A stretch of DNA of 57,866 nt, filler included, from Sphacelaria rigidula (Eukaryota): the NCBI GenBank assembly GCA_964200075.2. It is 8 parts of 8 records of this genome, joined end to end, with 100 filler letters (N's around TTAATTAATTAA, not from the genome) between each part and the next. Parts side by side here need not be neighbours in the genome. Positions count along the whole stretch, not along the records: positions 7,248 to 14,394 come from CAXNAA020016264.1; positions 14,495 to 21,640 come from CAXNAA020016265.1; positions 21,741 to 28,886 come from CAXNAA020016266.1; 5 more parts are not named here. One strand, written 5' to 3'. A model generated the notes under the pieces. That model saw only the letters and a program-made list of their open reading frames with translations. It did no database searches and had not been told where the DNA came from. Below, one piece after another: positions 12,522-24,604 of this stretch (positions within the stretch are counted from its first letter, which is position 1; every line of letters begins with the position of its first letter). Made by a program: the position numbers and the translations under genes.

Positions 12522-13607
12522 TCAAGCGTTCACGTTCGGCGAGCGTCGAATATTTCGGACCGCAGCGCAATACTCCGCAGAGCTGCTCTTGGCGCACGCC
12601 GTGGCGCTCGCAAGCATGAGAGAGTAATTAGGAACCTTGCTAGTTACACCCCCAACTATGTCGTAGAGTAAACAGCACCGCGCGTTGGCGGTATCTATCC
12701 ATTTAGACGGGGCTTGCCCCGGCAGCGGTGGTGGAGCTGTTGGGATCAAGCACGGTGGTCGTGATTTACAGACATGATCACTTTCGAAGTGAGGAACAGG
12801 AGCAATCCAGTAGCTTCCGGCCTGCCTGCAGTGTTGCCACGGGAGTACTCTAACACACCGTCTGAAAAGTGTATAGCTGGTGGTGTAATTGGGTGTACCT
12901 GCGCATACAACTCACAGAAAGCAAGCATGCTGCAATCTATGCACGGGGGCTTTCTACGGTCGGTATTGTTGTTGTGCTGCAGCACCCCGAGAGAGCCGGT
13001 CGATCACGCTCAGCCTGTCCGACTGCCCCCCCGTGGCACAGAGAGGTTGTGAGAAAGATGTTTACCACAGTTATGAACACTATACAAAGGCAGGTAGCAC
13101 AGCTATGTCCTTTCTTTTGCCGGCGAAGGCAAGCAAAACGACGAGATCAGCACCATCTGTGATGAGATATCGAACAGCAAGAAAAGATCTAGATAACAAT
13201 AAGCCCTAGGCGATTGCCGAAATTTCAGACCTTCTCCCATTTGTTTTATTTGTCGATAATAACGGCCCGAACAAACGAACTTCACCGCCGGACAAGGCTC
13301 ACCAGTAAGGACTCGAGTGGTCCGGGAAGTAAGAATTTGTGCGATTTTTGATCAAATCCGACCAGGAAAACGAGTTGTAGCGAGGGCACCTCAACTCGCA
13401 ACAAGGAGGTGAGCCTCACACGCAAAGTCATCTCAGAACAAGAAGCAGAAATAAAACCAACATGCAAGGTGATATGCCCAAGACAAGCAGCACTTATGAA
13501 GCTCGGTGTAGCCCCTGACTGATGGACCTCGCCTCTTACCACTTTGCGGGCACTGGTTAATACTCTGCGGAACGTCAACATTTAACTGTCCGAATCTCCA
13601 ACGCAAA

Positions 13608-13941
13608 GAGTCATCCTACGATAGGGCGGGGGGAAATTCGGGCCACTTCTTGCACGAAATTCCGAGTTTAATCGTCGTTGAAAGCAGCAACGACTGTTCG
13701 AACGAGCTTGTTTTAGACATATAACGCCACTTCACACTACTCGGCACCGTTTCTAACCACCAACAAGCGCGCCGCAAGTGTGACAGGTCGTCTGACACAT
13801 CTATGGGCCTCTTTTTTCGTGCAATCAAATCTCCCCCCCCTATCGTAGCATCGTGCTCCGTCTCGAAAGGGATGCGTGGTCAATGATCACGACTACGGCA
13901 AGCAACAAATGAGCACGCCCCCCCCTATCGTAGCATGACTC
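13608..13941. mobile_element. Non-autonomous TIR element with GAG...CTC termini and a 4-bp TSD (Sola2-like)
   Basis: TIR GAGTCATCCTACGATAGGG / CCCTATCGTAGCATGACTC, flanked by CAAA on both sides (13604-13607 and 13942-13945). The same terminus occurs near 36292-36310 and 50775-50797. Confidence 0.7.
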
Positions 13942-14394
13942 CAAAAGCGATATTCAAATTCGTTCCGCCACCTGCCACGCATGCACGACTTAGAACCTTT
14001 GCTATCAATCTCTCACATCCGCTCGTACCCTGCAGGCGGAGTGAATCACCAAAGACCCATAACAAAATCCGTACGATCACCTGTCGAGCATACAGAACCC
14101 AGAATCTTCACTATACATGTATAACTCACTTATGAATCTCATGCACGGGAACCAGACGAGATCAACCAGGAGTATATGACAGAGGATTCTATAAAATGAG
14201 GTTCATCAATGAAATGAGGTTCGAGCTCAAAGCACTACTTTCTCCACGCTTTCAGCGATGGTGCCCGATGAGTTTCTTGTCGGCCTAATGCCCCTCGATC
14301 GCGTAGATACTTCTTCCCCGCTTTTTGTCGACTCTGTGAGCTTACAGCGCTGTCCGAAACCGCCATTTCTACTTATTTTTTAGGGGGGGGGGGG

Positions 14395-14494
14395 NNNNNN
14401 NNNNNNNNNNNNNNNNNNNNNNNNNNNNNNNNNNNNNNTTAATTAATTAANNNNNNNNNNNNNNNNNNNNNNNNNNNNNNNNNNNNNNNNNNNN
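14395..14494. other. Artificial 100-bp contig spacer
   Basis: N-run, TTAATTAATTAA, N-run. Confidence 0.97.
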
Positions 14495-15762
14495 CTGGGT
14501 AGGATATCGACGTGTAGCTGTAAGCACACGCAAGTGATGGAGGTACACAAAAGCACACGTGGAATAAAGAAATGACTCACGTAAAAAAGCGAATGATCAA
14601 AGCCACTCTCAATCGTATCATGTACTACTCTCAATCTCACGAAAACACCGTTTATCGCTGGAAAAGTGGAGAAAGTACTGTTTTGAGCTCGAACCTCATT
14701 TATTTCATTGATGAACCTCATTTCATAATCCTCTGTTGTTAGAAGCTGAAAAACAATCGACCCACAGGGGTATAACTAGACCGATTCTACTGGAAGCAAT
14801 TCAAATTTTCTGTTCAAAACTGCCTTTTCGGCCCTTCCTCTTTCTCTCTTATTTTTCGCCAAACACGGATTTTCATTGAAAAACGGTCAAGCGATAAAAA
14901 ACAGTGGGCATCCTTTCTCAGCTGCGACCGTTTTTCACCGAAATTCCGTGTTTGACCCAATGTGGCCAAAAAAAGCAGAAGTGCAGCCAGGGGGAAATAC
15001 AAAGTTGCCCTAGAACGGTCTCAACAAGTAGAGCAAGTTATTCCAAGGCGTCAACATCCGCCTAGCGCTCTTTTCGAGCGTCACTCAACGGAGAACGACC
15101 CAAAAGGCAGTTTTCGACGGGGATTTTGAACGGCTAGCTCCCAGTAGAGTTGGCCTTATGCCGCAAAATGTCCAAACTGTTACTTTTTTTTCGGGCCTGA
15201 TATTATCCTACAAAAAGCCCTGTGAAGGGTCAACCTGTCAACGTGCATGTTGTTGCTGTGGCATGAGAGGTTTCGAAGTCACGCGCCCATGCTCTTCTTA
15301 TCATGTCTGGACGCAAGAGTAAATTGCTTCACCCGACACACAGTACCCGATGATTCTCTAACTAGATACTTCCTTATTGTCGTTTAGAAATATGGCCTCA
15401 ACCTTCAGACTGCTGAATCGGCATCAAGATTCACTTGAAAAAATTATGTTTGTTCCAGATGGACTACCCGCACCGCGCTCTAGGCAATACTTAGACTGTG
15501 TGTGCGGGTAGTTCATCTGGACCATGCGTACATTTTTCAAGTAAATATTGATGCCGATTCAGTAGGTGACCTACGCTCGCGGTCAAAGGGTTACTGTAAC
15601 TTGTTTTACATTTTCTCAGCGTCTAGCCGGTGAGAAACACGCAAAACAAATCCATCCGCCCCCACGCTCACCGTCACTCACCTCCTCTCACACACCAAAA
15701 TCGAACTTGCAGTCCTCTCGTCAAACCCTGAAGAGACCTGTGACAAAGTAGATAAAAGAAGA

Positions 15763-16113
15763 ATGGAAGTTAATGCTAACAAAATTTCGCCGGAGCCAGC
15801 AGTAGCAGCTACTCGACGACCTCTTCTCGCGCTGGCAGCTACCCTACTTTTACCACTGACAGCCAACGCCACCGTCTACAAAGCCTCCACGAATGGGTCA
15901 CCCTACTCCATTGCCACGGCCCTAGCTGAGGCAGGGCCGGGCGACACCATATCTTTGGCTGACGGTACATACGACGAGCCGATTGTATCGGTGGCGGGGG
16001 GTGAAAAAGGTTCGCCAATATTGATTACAGGTGGACGTGACGCCGTCATCCAGGGCGCGTGGGGCGATATGCTCAGGGCAGTGTCTATCACGCACTCATG
16101 GATTACGCTGCAG
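15763..16113 (+). CDS. First exon of a probably secreted right-handed parallel beta-helix (pectin-lyase-like fold) protein
   Basis: Hydrophobic signal-like stretch LLALAATLLLPLTANA, then the beta-helix N-cap motif IATALAEAGPGDTISLADGTY...GSPILITG...ITHSWITLQ. CAG/GTGAG donor at 16114. No later exons recognised in this contig. Confidence 0.75.
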
Positions 16114-17541
16114 GTGAGCCAGCGCTAGTAATAATGATCGTTGTCGTTGACGGTTATTATATCAAACACTCTATTGAATTAGGCCTGTGCTATCGATTGC
16201 CGAGAACAGGCGCTGTGTGGATACGTTATTCCGGAGATATAGGTGTAGCGCGACACACCTCACCACAGCTCAATGAAGAGAAGATCCTGAGACGTGAGGT
16301 CGGACATTAATATGAGGTCCAACTGAAAACAATTAGTCATGAAAATTGACTTTCATATACCTCATGCCCTCTGACCTCCTTTGAACTATTTTCGTGGGTT
16401 TCTCGTCTTCCGTTGCCTCAAGGAGTATGTGCGAAAGCATTTATTTCGAGTTTCTCATTATCTGCATGAAAAAAAAAGATGAATGGTGCTTTTGCGCATC
16501 CAGTTGTGTTGTCATTTTTTAAGTGTGATTATTATGCTGATTCAGCACAATGTACATAGAGAGTTGACACTGGAACTTTCAAACTGCTGATATATACACT
16601 TTGTGAGAGTACGAGCTGGACCGGGAGTACACCCAGAATCCTCTGTCGTCACCACAACTCAAGTCTGCGGGAACAGCACGACCTGAGCATATCGCTGTGA
16701 ACTGTAGACGAAGCTGGTAACATAAGGCACCGCCGCTGCTCGATTGGTGCACTTTTGGCGACGGTGTTATTGTATTGCATGGAGAACGGAGTACGTCCCA
16801 ATTCTTTGTGCTATATATAGTGTGTCTGGAGACGTTTGGTTTCACAAATGCGGTGGAATTTCGATAGACTGTTGCACCGCATAGGCACACGCACACCTGA
16901 CACCTGACATACCCAGGCAAGAGCACATTGTCGTGCTACAGGATGGCATCAAGCTCGTCATGAGCTCCATAATGGGAGAGAACATCCGAGACAACTGTCC
17001 TATATCACCGCACGAGGGAGAAGTACTACTTGAAGCTGCGCAATCCCCCCCCCCCAAAGCAAGACCATCACAAAAACATCGAGACCCTTTGCAACCCAGA
17101 GGTGCGAGAGAGTATACACGATTAGTGTGCACACAAGAACGTTTTTGTCGTGTCGGAATTCGAACCAGTGACCTGTGTCATTTCAGGCTGTTGTCTAAGT
17201 TTGATCACCGGGCCCACACAAAAAGTGCCACCCGCAGCTCAATTTCACGTATTTTTGGCGGGAAATTTACAAGGATGTGGTTGACGCGAGTGCCGCGTTG
17301 TCATCGTTTGTATCATTTTCCTTAGGAAGTTATAGCATTTTTCCTGTTTTTGCTGACACTTCAAATCGCTATAACTTTCGTTTTTTTCCTCTGCACCCCT
17401 CACAGGGTTGCGCAGATTGATGATGATAAATGTGTCAAACTTTCAGCGCCTGATAACTCGTATAATTGCCAAAAGCATCTATCTCCACTCTTCGTTTAAA
17501 AGTCACTGATGGCCGGCCCAGCTCGTAGTAGTGAGGAGAGT

Positions 17542-18706
17542 TTAACCCTTCATCATTCGACCGCAAGGGTAGTCTTATCTGGACAATGCATACATTGTTT
17601 CACTTGAAATTGATGCCGATTCAACAGAAGACTGACCTCGCCGTCTATTAACCCTTGGACCGCGACGGTAGTCCATCTGGATCATGCACTCTACTTGCAA
17701 GTGAACTCGATGCCAGTTCAATAGATGACCTGGTCTCGCTGTCAAAGGGTTAACCCCTAGACGGCGAGAGTAGGTCATCTATTGAATTGGCATCAAGTTC
17801 ACTTTGAAAAATCATGCATGATCCAGATGGACTATACCCTCGTCGTCTAAGGGTCAAACCGCGAGGGTAGTCCGTCTGGACCACGCATACCTTCTCCAAG
17901 TGAAGTTGATGCCGATTCAACAGATGACCTACTCGTCGTCTCAGGGTTAACCCTTAGACCGCGAGATGAGCCTTGCTGGACCATGCACACTTTTTTCACT
18001 TGAAACTGATACCGATTCAACAGAAGACTAAACTCGCGGTCTAAGGGTTAGGGTTAACCCTAGGACCGCGAGATTAGTCTTTCTGCACCATGCATACTCC
18101 TTTCACTTGAAATTGATACCGATTCAACAGAAGACTAACCTCGCGGTCTAAGAGTTAACAAATAACCCTCAGACCGCGAGATTAGTCTTTCTGGATCATG
18201 CATATTTTGTTTCACTTAAAACTGATGCCGTTTCAACAGAAGACTAACATCGCGGTCTAAGAGTTAACCCTTAGCCGTTAGACAGAGAGAGTAGGTCATC
18301 TGTTGAGTCGGCATCAGTTTCACTTGGAAAAAAAGTGGTATGCATGATCCAGATAGACTAACCTCGCGGTCTAAGGGTGAAACCGCGATGCGGGTAGTCG
18401 ATCTGGATCACGCATTCCCCCTTTTTTTCCCAGGTGAAACCGATGCCGATTCAGCAGATGACCTACAGCAGGTGACCTACCCTCGCGGTCAATGGGTCAA
18501 CCCTTAGATACCGCGAGAGTAGCTCATCTGGATCATGGATTCTTTCGTCAAGTGAAATTACCGCCGACTCAACAAATAACCCACCCTTGTCTTAGGGGTT
18601 GATCCTTGAACCGCGAAGCGGGTAGTCCATCTGGATCACAAAACAGTTTTCAAGTGAAAATGTTGCCGATTCAGCAGGTGACCTACCCTCGCGGTCAAAG
18701 GGTTAA
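17542..18706. mobile_element. Stack of ~11 piggyBac-type MITEs (~100 bp each) joined at TTAA-like sites, mixed orientation
   Basis: Units read TTAA-CCCTTAGACCGCGAG...CTCGCGGTCTAAGGG-TTAA. Junctions near 17650, 17752, 17857, 17949, 18056, 18157, 18266, 18380, 18499 and 18601. Copies 3 and 8 are inverted. Confidence 0.85.
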
Positions 18707-19515
18707 ATGATTCTGAGAAATGAGAGGTTGAACATTACTGTTGTTGTCGAATGTCGGAATGTCTGTATATATCGCGGCAGTGGCAGCTTCTAGCATGCGC
18801 CACTTCCGAGCTAGAGAACAACATGTAACACACTGTAGAAGAACTGGTGAGGAGACCCCGCGGGAGCGCCGCCGGAGGCGAGAAAACATGCGTTATCTGG
18901 CTTGTTTTTCGTTCAAAATCTTCGAAATAATAGTAGAAATGTGATCCCTTCCATGGAGGAGCTAAAAGTCTTCGATAATATTCAAATCCCATACACAGCG
19001 GTGAGTGCTTCGAAAATCATTCATCTGTACTGGGGAGCAGCAGATTCTCCGTGAGGGGAGGAGGATGCAAACAAGTCAAGGCTAGCAGCACGCGGGGATA
19101 AGGGATGCCAAAATAGATAACCTTCATTCTTGGAGGAGAGAGGTTTGGGCGATCTTGGAAAGGAATAGTCGTTACCATACTGAAACGCCCTAGTAGACCA
19201 TAGTAAAGAAACGAAAACAACCTGATTCACTTTTTTTGGTTGATTATGCCCCAGCGAGGTCCTACGCCAAATTTTATGAACACACACCAGACGTGGGCCA
19301 GTAAGTGGCTTGCGAAATACTGTACCGAATTTTAACCGACCCGGTTTTCAAACCATTCGCACGTTGATGTTTAGAGCTGGACCCTAAACTTTGGTATGGA
19401 AAATCAATACGGCATAATAATTATATGTGGCGCCCTCTCTGGTTTGCCTAGTTTATGCATACGCATAGCTGTCCTCTCAGAGGCCCAAGGATAGCTTTCG
19501 TCTTTCTTCTTCTTT

Positions 19516-19527
19516 TTACCTTTTTTG

Positions 19528-19558
<31 letters not shown>

Positions 19559-19647
19559 CTTGCATCGCGTCTGTGTGAATTTTTCGTGGGTCCGATTTTA
19601 TTTCCTGATTTTGCTTTTACCCTAATATATATGTGGTGGTAGCCTGT
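19516..19647 (-). repeat. Short interspersed repeat with an A-rich (AAAAC)n tail
   Basis: Reverse complement CACAGGCTACCACC...AAATAAAATCGGACCCACGAAAAATTCACACAGACGCGA matches 45110-45215. Confidence 0.6.
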
Positions 19648-19648
19648 G

Positions 19649-19688
<40 letters not shown>

Positions 19689-19797
19689 CGACGACGACGA
19701 CGACGACAACGACAACAACAACGACAACAACAACAACAACAACAACAACAACGACGACGACGACGACGACAACGACAACAACAACAACGACAACAAT
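19648..19797. repeat. Compound (AAC)n/(GAC)n microsatellite
   Basis: About 50 triplets, with two (GAC)6-AAC-GAC blocks. Confidence 0.95.
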
Positions 19798-20834
19798 AAA
19801 TTTACGTGTATGCGCAGACCGGAAGCTTTTTTGTTTTTCATGAGTTACAAACAATAACCAGTTTTCAGGTTTCAGAGTAATGCCGTTGAATGATGAAAGA
19901 AACATGTATTTGGGGCCATGCATGCTTTTTATTATCATATCCTATGGATTTTCGACACGAAAATTTAGGGTCCAACTCCAAATACACTTACTTCTAGGCT
20001 GACCGCTCGTACCCAATGTTGCGCCAAAAGAAAAAAGACATGTTCTTTGGAACAGAGCATGACCGCTTTTCGCTCTAGTGCGCACTGCTACAGCGCACAG
20101 CACCAGATATAGCGACGTGGAGGTATTGACTGTGATTCGCACGGCATATGAGGGAAGTCTCATCGCCTCGCAGCGGCTACAGCGCGCGTAGGGCCGTGCG
20201 TCATGAACTGCGCAGCTCCACAGACGGTATGCCGATCGGTACACTACAGTTGTTGGTCGTGATCCAGAAAAGTTCGAGATCATTGCGCTTGCCTTGCGTG
20301 TACGTCCGGCGCATGTACCCGTCGCACCGGCCGATGCCTGTCTTTTCCCGAGGGGGCGCACTCGCGGTTTTTGCAGACGTCAATATATGAGTACTCTTAC
20401 TGTATGACTGCTGCGCGGAGACGAGACGCCTTTGGGATCGAGGCTCGAGTATTATTCCGAGAGCAAACATCACCAGCGCAAGTCGTCGTTTTTCTTGAAC
20501 TTGTTCTGAACTGCAAGATCCTGCTAGTTTTTCTTCCCATTTTCGCTCGATGTCTCTGATGTTTCAGTCCAACCAACTCGGTCGACCATGTGAGCAAGGC
20601 GCTGTCAGGTACCCTAATATACCCCGCTACCGGCGTGTGATCTGTGTTAACGCATCACGGCGAAGGGGGGCGCCACAATACCCCCCGGCACATCATTCAC
20701 CTTCCAACCAAAGAAAAAACGTACAGCGGACGGGCAGGGGGTACATGTGTAGGTACATCGCACATCAGGCTTAATCGATGCGCATTTTGTTCCAGGCCCT
20801 CAACTTTTCTTTGGGTGGAGGTACATAATATAAA

Positions 20835-20939
20835 TTAACCCTTAGACAGCGAGGTTAGTCTTATGTTGAATCGGCATCGATTTCAAGTGAAAAAAGTATA
20901 CATGATCCAGAAAGACTTTTCTCGCGGTCTTAGGGTTGA
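20835..20939 (-). mobile_element. Solo piggyBac-type MITE
   Basis: TTAACCCTTAGACAGCGAG...CTCGCGGTCTTAGGGTTGA. Confidence 0.75.
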
Positions 20940-21640
20940 TAGAGGGGCTGTCTTAGCACGTCGGTTTTCGATCGAAAAAGTGCGGTGGAAAACAAATCCT
21001 GATCTGATAGGTCATGATTTCAACCATCTTCAAAATCAACGACGATGGTTGAAATTACGACCCATCAGATCGGGAGTTTTTAGGGTTGGGGACTGGAGCA
21101 GTATATACTGACAGTATTCCTGTACTGGCAGTTTTCCTGTCCTGCGTCAGAGGCTGCCAGTACAGCCAGTACATACCCATCTTACGTACGTCCTATATTA
21201 TGCCTCCTAAACCACATGGAAACCCACCGAAACTGCGCCGCATGAGAGGCAGGAGAGGAGAGTTGTTGGGAACAGGGCACACACACACTAGAGGAAGACC
21301 ACAAAAATCGATGGACCAATATGTCACTAGCAGCAGCCCACCCGCTTCACACCCGAGCCCGCGGCGTCAGCTCCCTGAATCTGCCGCGGCCTCCAGCAAA
21401 TAACGATTGTTGAAGCTCTTCTCTGGGTATACTAACAACTTTTTGAAGAAGAAACGTTTTCACACCAGGACAGGAATCATCGAAGTGGTCCAAAATCACC
21501 CCAAAAATATCTTCTATTGAAACCAAATCGCGTAAAAATACGCCCCCGGAGGGGCCCTCCGGGGGCGCCTCCGACGGGGGCCCCTCACCAGCCGGGGGGG
21601 GGGCGGTGGTCGCGGCTTCGCCGCGACACCAATGTAAACA

Positions 21641-21740
21641 NNNNNNNNNNNNNNNNNNNNNNNNNNNNNNNNNNNNNNNNNNNNTTAATTAATTAANNNN
21701 NNNNNNNNNNNNNNNNNNNNNNNNNNNNNNNNNNNNNNNN
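21641..21740. other. Artificial 100-bp contig spacer
   Basis: N-run, TTAATTAATTAA, N-run. Confidence 0.97.
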
Positions 21741-23520
21741 GGGGAAAGCACTGTTTTAGGCTTGAACCTCATCTCGGAGTTAAACCTCAATTCGCACAAT
21801 TTGTTGTTAGAGGCTGTATAAATCCTCCCTTGCCCATCAGTTCATCCTGAAATTGGGCAAAGAAAGAACGCATTTACGAGCAGCCTCTGCTGTTCAAGTC
21901 TCACATACACGAATGTATGTCCACACGGCCGCGCTACACAGCTTTGGCTGGTGCGTGAACGGTGTAGCGTGGGGAAATACCTCGCTCTTCTATAGATACA
22001 GGTTCTTCTGAAAAGCTGGTAGTCCATGGTCTACAAATATAATGAAAACCGCAAAAAAAAATTTCATGTATAGGACCTCAAACGAAAACTCCCGACGTAT
22101 CTTGTTTCTCGCAAAAGCTCGCGTGTCGTGACGACGGTCAGAAAGATCCGTACACAACAGTGTTTTCGTGAGACTGAGAGTAGATGATACGATTGATAAT
22201 GAAAAGCGGTCAATCAGTGAATGAATCGTTTCAGTTCCGAAATGCACTTCCACGAGGCCCAACATGCTTTCTGCAATAGCTGGCCACTGAGGCCCTTGAT
22301 ATCCCTGGGTAGGATATCGACGTGTAGCACACGCAAGTGATGGAGGTAAAAAAAAGCACACGTGGAATAAAAAAATGACTCACTCAAAGCGAATGATTAA
22401 AGTCACTCTCAATCGTATCATCCACTCTCAATCTCACGAAAACATTTTGACACGACAGTGTACCGCACTTGTAACGCCTACCACAGACGGAGCAGGAAAA
22501 GACGGGCTCACGCTCGGGTCGCACACTGCCGCGGCACGCATCCCTGTGCTGTAAAAACATAGTAGGATGTATATCGTGAAAAAGAAGGCTTCCATGTGGT
22601 CTAGACAGCATGTCATCCTTGAATGCTCGCGATAGTTGAAGTTCTCGTTTTGCGGTCGTGAGACCTGCACGTCAGTGGAGCGATGGTATCTGGCGACTAC
22701 ATCGACATGTGGTTGACACACACATACGTATTTCATGACCTCCTGAAAACCTACTGTGCACAGTATACCGCTGAATATGTCTAAGACGCTCTTGTTTACT
22801 ACAGGTCGTTGGTGCGCTCCTCAGACCGTAAGGTAAAATCATCTTGTCAGCCTATTGTTGTCGTTGACAGCCATCTCAAGAGGTAATTCAAAATTCTCGA
22901 CGCATTCTTTCCCGCAAAACCTCGCGCCAAGCCGTGACAATCAGAGAGATTCGTCCACGATAATGTACCGCGGCTGTGCAATCGATATAATTGTAATGTA
23001 ATAATAGAGGTGCCTCATACTCGACGTTCCCCGTACATTCGACAGTAACGTGAATACAGTAAGACACCGGGCGGCGGAGATCATTCAACAGTAATATACT
23101 GTAAACTCCACGGGGATCGGTCTTGCAGCGAGCGACATGAATTACCACTGATGTCGTCGAATGTACTTGAAACCTCGACTTTGAGATACCGCTGTCGCGC
23201 AGCCAAAGCACCGCACTACTGCACTACCACTGTTCTTTCTGTACTCCACCGACTGGATTACGCTGCACATTATCAAATCGGCATGCCACTCTCAGCCTCT
23301 TCCAGGCGCAATCGACGACAATGTTTAAGCGTGCGAAACTGGCTCACGTGCCGACTGTACACCGGCGCTGTTGGGCGACGTTCTGTTTAAGAAGATCGCG
23401 TTGTCGTTCTGAACGCTTGGGCGGTCACGAACGCTCGCTAGAGGTTGTAGGACCACCGCGACAACACACGCCCGTTAACCACGGGCGCGCGCGATTCTCA
23501 CTTGATTTTCGAACGGGTCG

Positions 23521-24604
23521 TGTTGCAGGTTAAGGGCAACGCCCGGTTAAGGGCAACTTTTCGCTCAAGGGTAAGCGATCCGGAATAAGGGCAAGCGCCC
23601 CTGACTATGAGGAAGCGCCCCTGACTATGGGGAAGCGCATCTGGGTAAGGGGAAGCGCTCCTGACTATGGGGAAGCGCACCTGGGTAAGGGGAAGCACAA
23701 CTGGGTAGGAGGAAGCGCACCTGGGTAGGGGGGAGCGCACCTGGATACGGGTAAGCGCCTCTGATTATTGGCATCTGCCCCTAGCGACGGAGAAGCGATA
23801 CACATATCGTCAACATATTCCCGAATCAGCCGAAGAATGCCAAACTGTCCAGGGCGTGCTAAGGACCCACGATACGTGTGTCTCTGGCTCGTGGGCACAC
23901 GATACAGGTGTCTCTCGCTTGTGGGCACGTGATACAGGTTAGGGTTTGGGTTAGGGTTAGGGTTAGGGTATCGTGGGTCCCTAGTGTAATGCGTGAGAGG
24001 ACCCCGTGCTTAGAGGATCGCGCCGTAGTTCAAAACACCGCAGGATCGACGTTTTTCAAAACCAATCCGGCCAGCCCCTGCAGGGACTACGCCCCTGACC
24101 ACAACCCCGACACTAACCCTAACCCTAACCCTAATCCTAACCATGGGGATATTCAAATTCCGATGCGGTCCTCTAAGCACGCGATCCTCTCACGCATTAC
24201 ACTTAGCACGCCCTAGACAGTTTGACATTCTTTGGCTGATTCGGGAATATGATGGCGATACGTGTATCGCTTATCCGTCGCTAGGGGCAGATGCCAATAT
24301 TCAGGGGCGCTTGCCCGTATCCAGATGCGCTTTCCCCTACCCAGGTGAGCTTCCCCTTCCCCGGGTGCGCTTCCCCCTACCCAGGTGCGCTTCCCCTTCC
24401 CCGGGTGCGCTTCCCCTTACCCAGGTGCGCTTCCCCATAGACAGGGGCGCTTGCCCATAGTCAGGGGCGCTTGCCCTTAATCCGGGCCGTTCTCCCCTAA
24501 CCAGGGGCGCTTCCCCATAGTCAGGGGCGCTCGTCCTTAATCCGAACCGCTTGCCCTTAAGCGAAAATTTGCCCTTAACCGGGCGTTGCCCAAAACCTGC
24601 AACA
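23521..24604. mobile_element. Foldback DNA transposon with ~350-bp modular TIRs and TGT...ACA termini (Ginger-like)
   Basis: TGTTGCAGGTT...AACCTGCAACA. Arms contain tandem 20-bp subrepeats (GGGGAAGCGCACCTGGGTAA and its complement). Flanks are GGTCG / GGTCC. The centre has TTAGGG repeats and a nested MITE. Confidence 0.8.
23985..24201. mobile_element. ~210-bp MITE carrying (TAACCC)n, copy 1, nested in the foldback element
   Basis: TIR TGTAATGCGTGAGAGGA...TCCTCTCACGCATTACA; flanks CCTAG / CTTAG. Confidence 0.85.

Noticed and set aside
17145-17215. Possible tRNA gene (minus-strand GGTTCGAATTCC); similar boxes at 47528-47590
   Set aside because: Pol III box-like motifs only, with no cloverleaf; at most SINE relics.
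19516-19938. Poly-V, poly-T and poly-N ORFs
   Set aside because: These are translations of the AAC/GAC microsatellite.
23938-23969. TTAGGG tract as a chromosome end
   Set aside because: Only about five units, internal to a TIR element.
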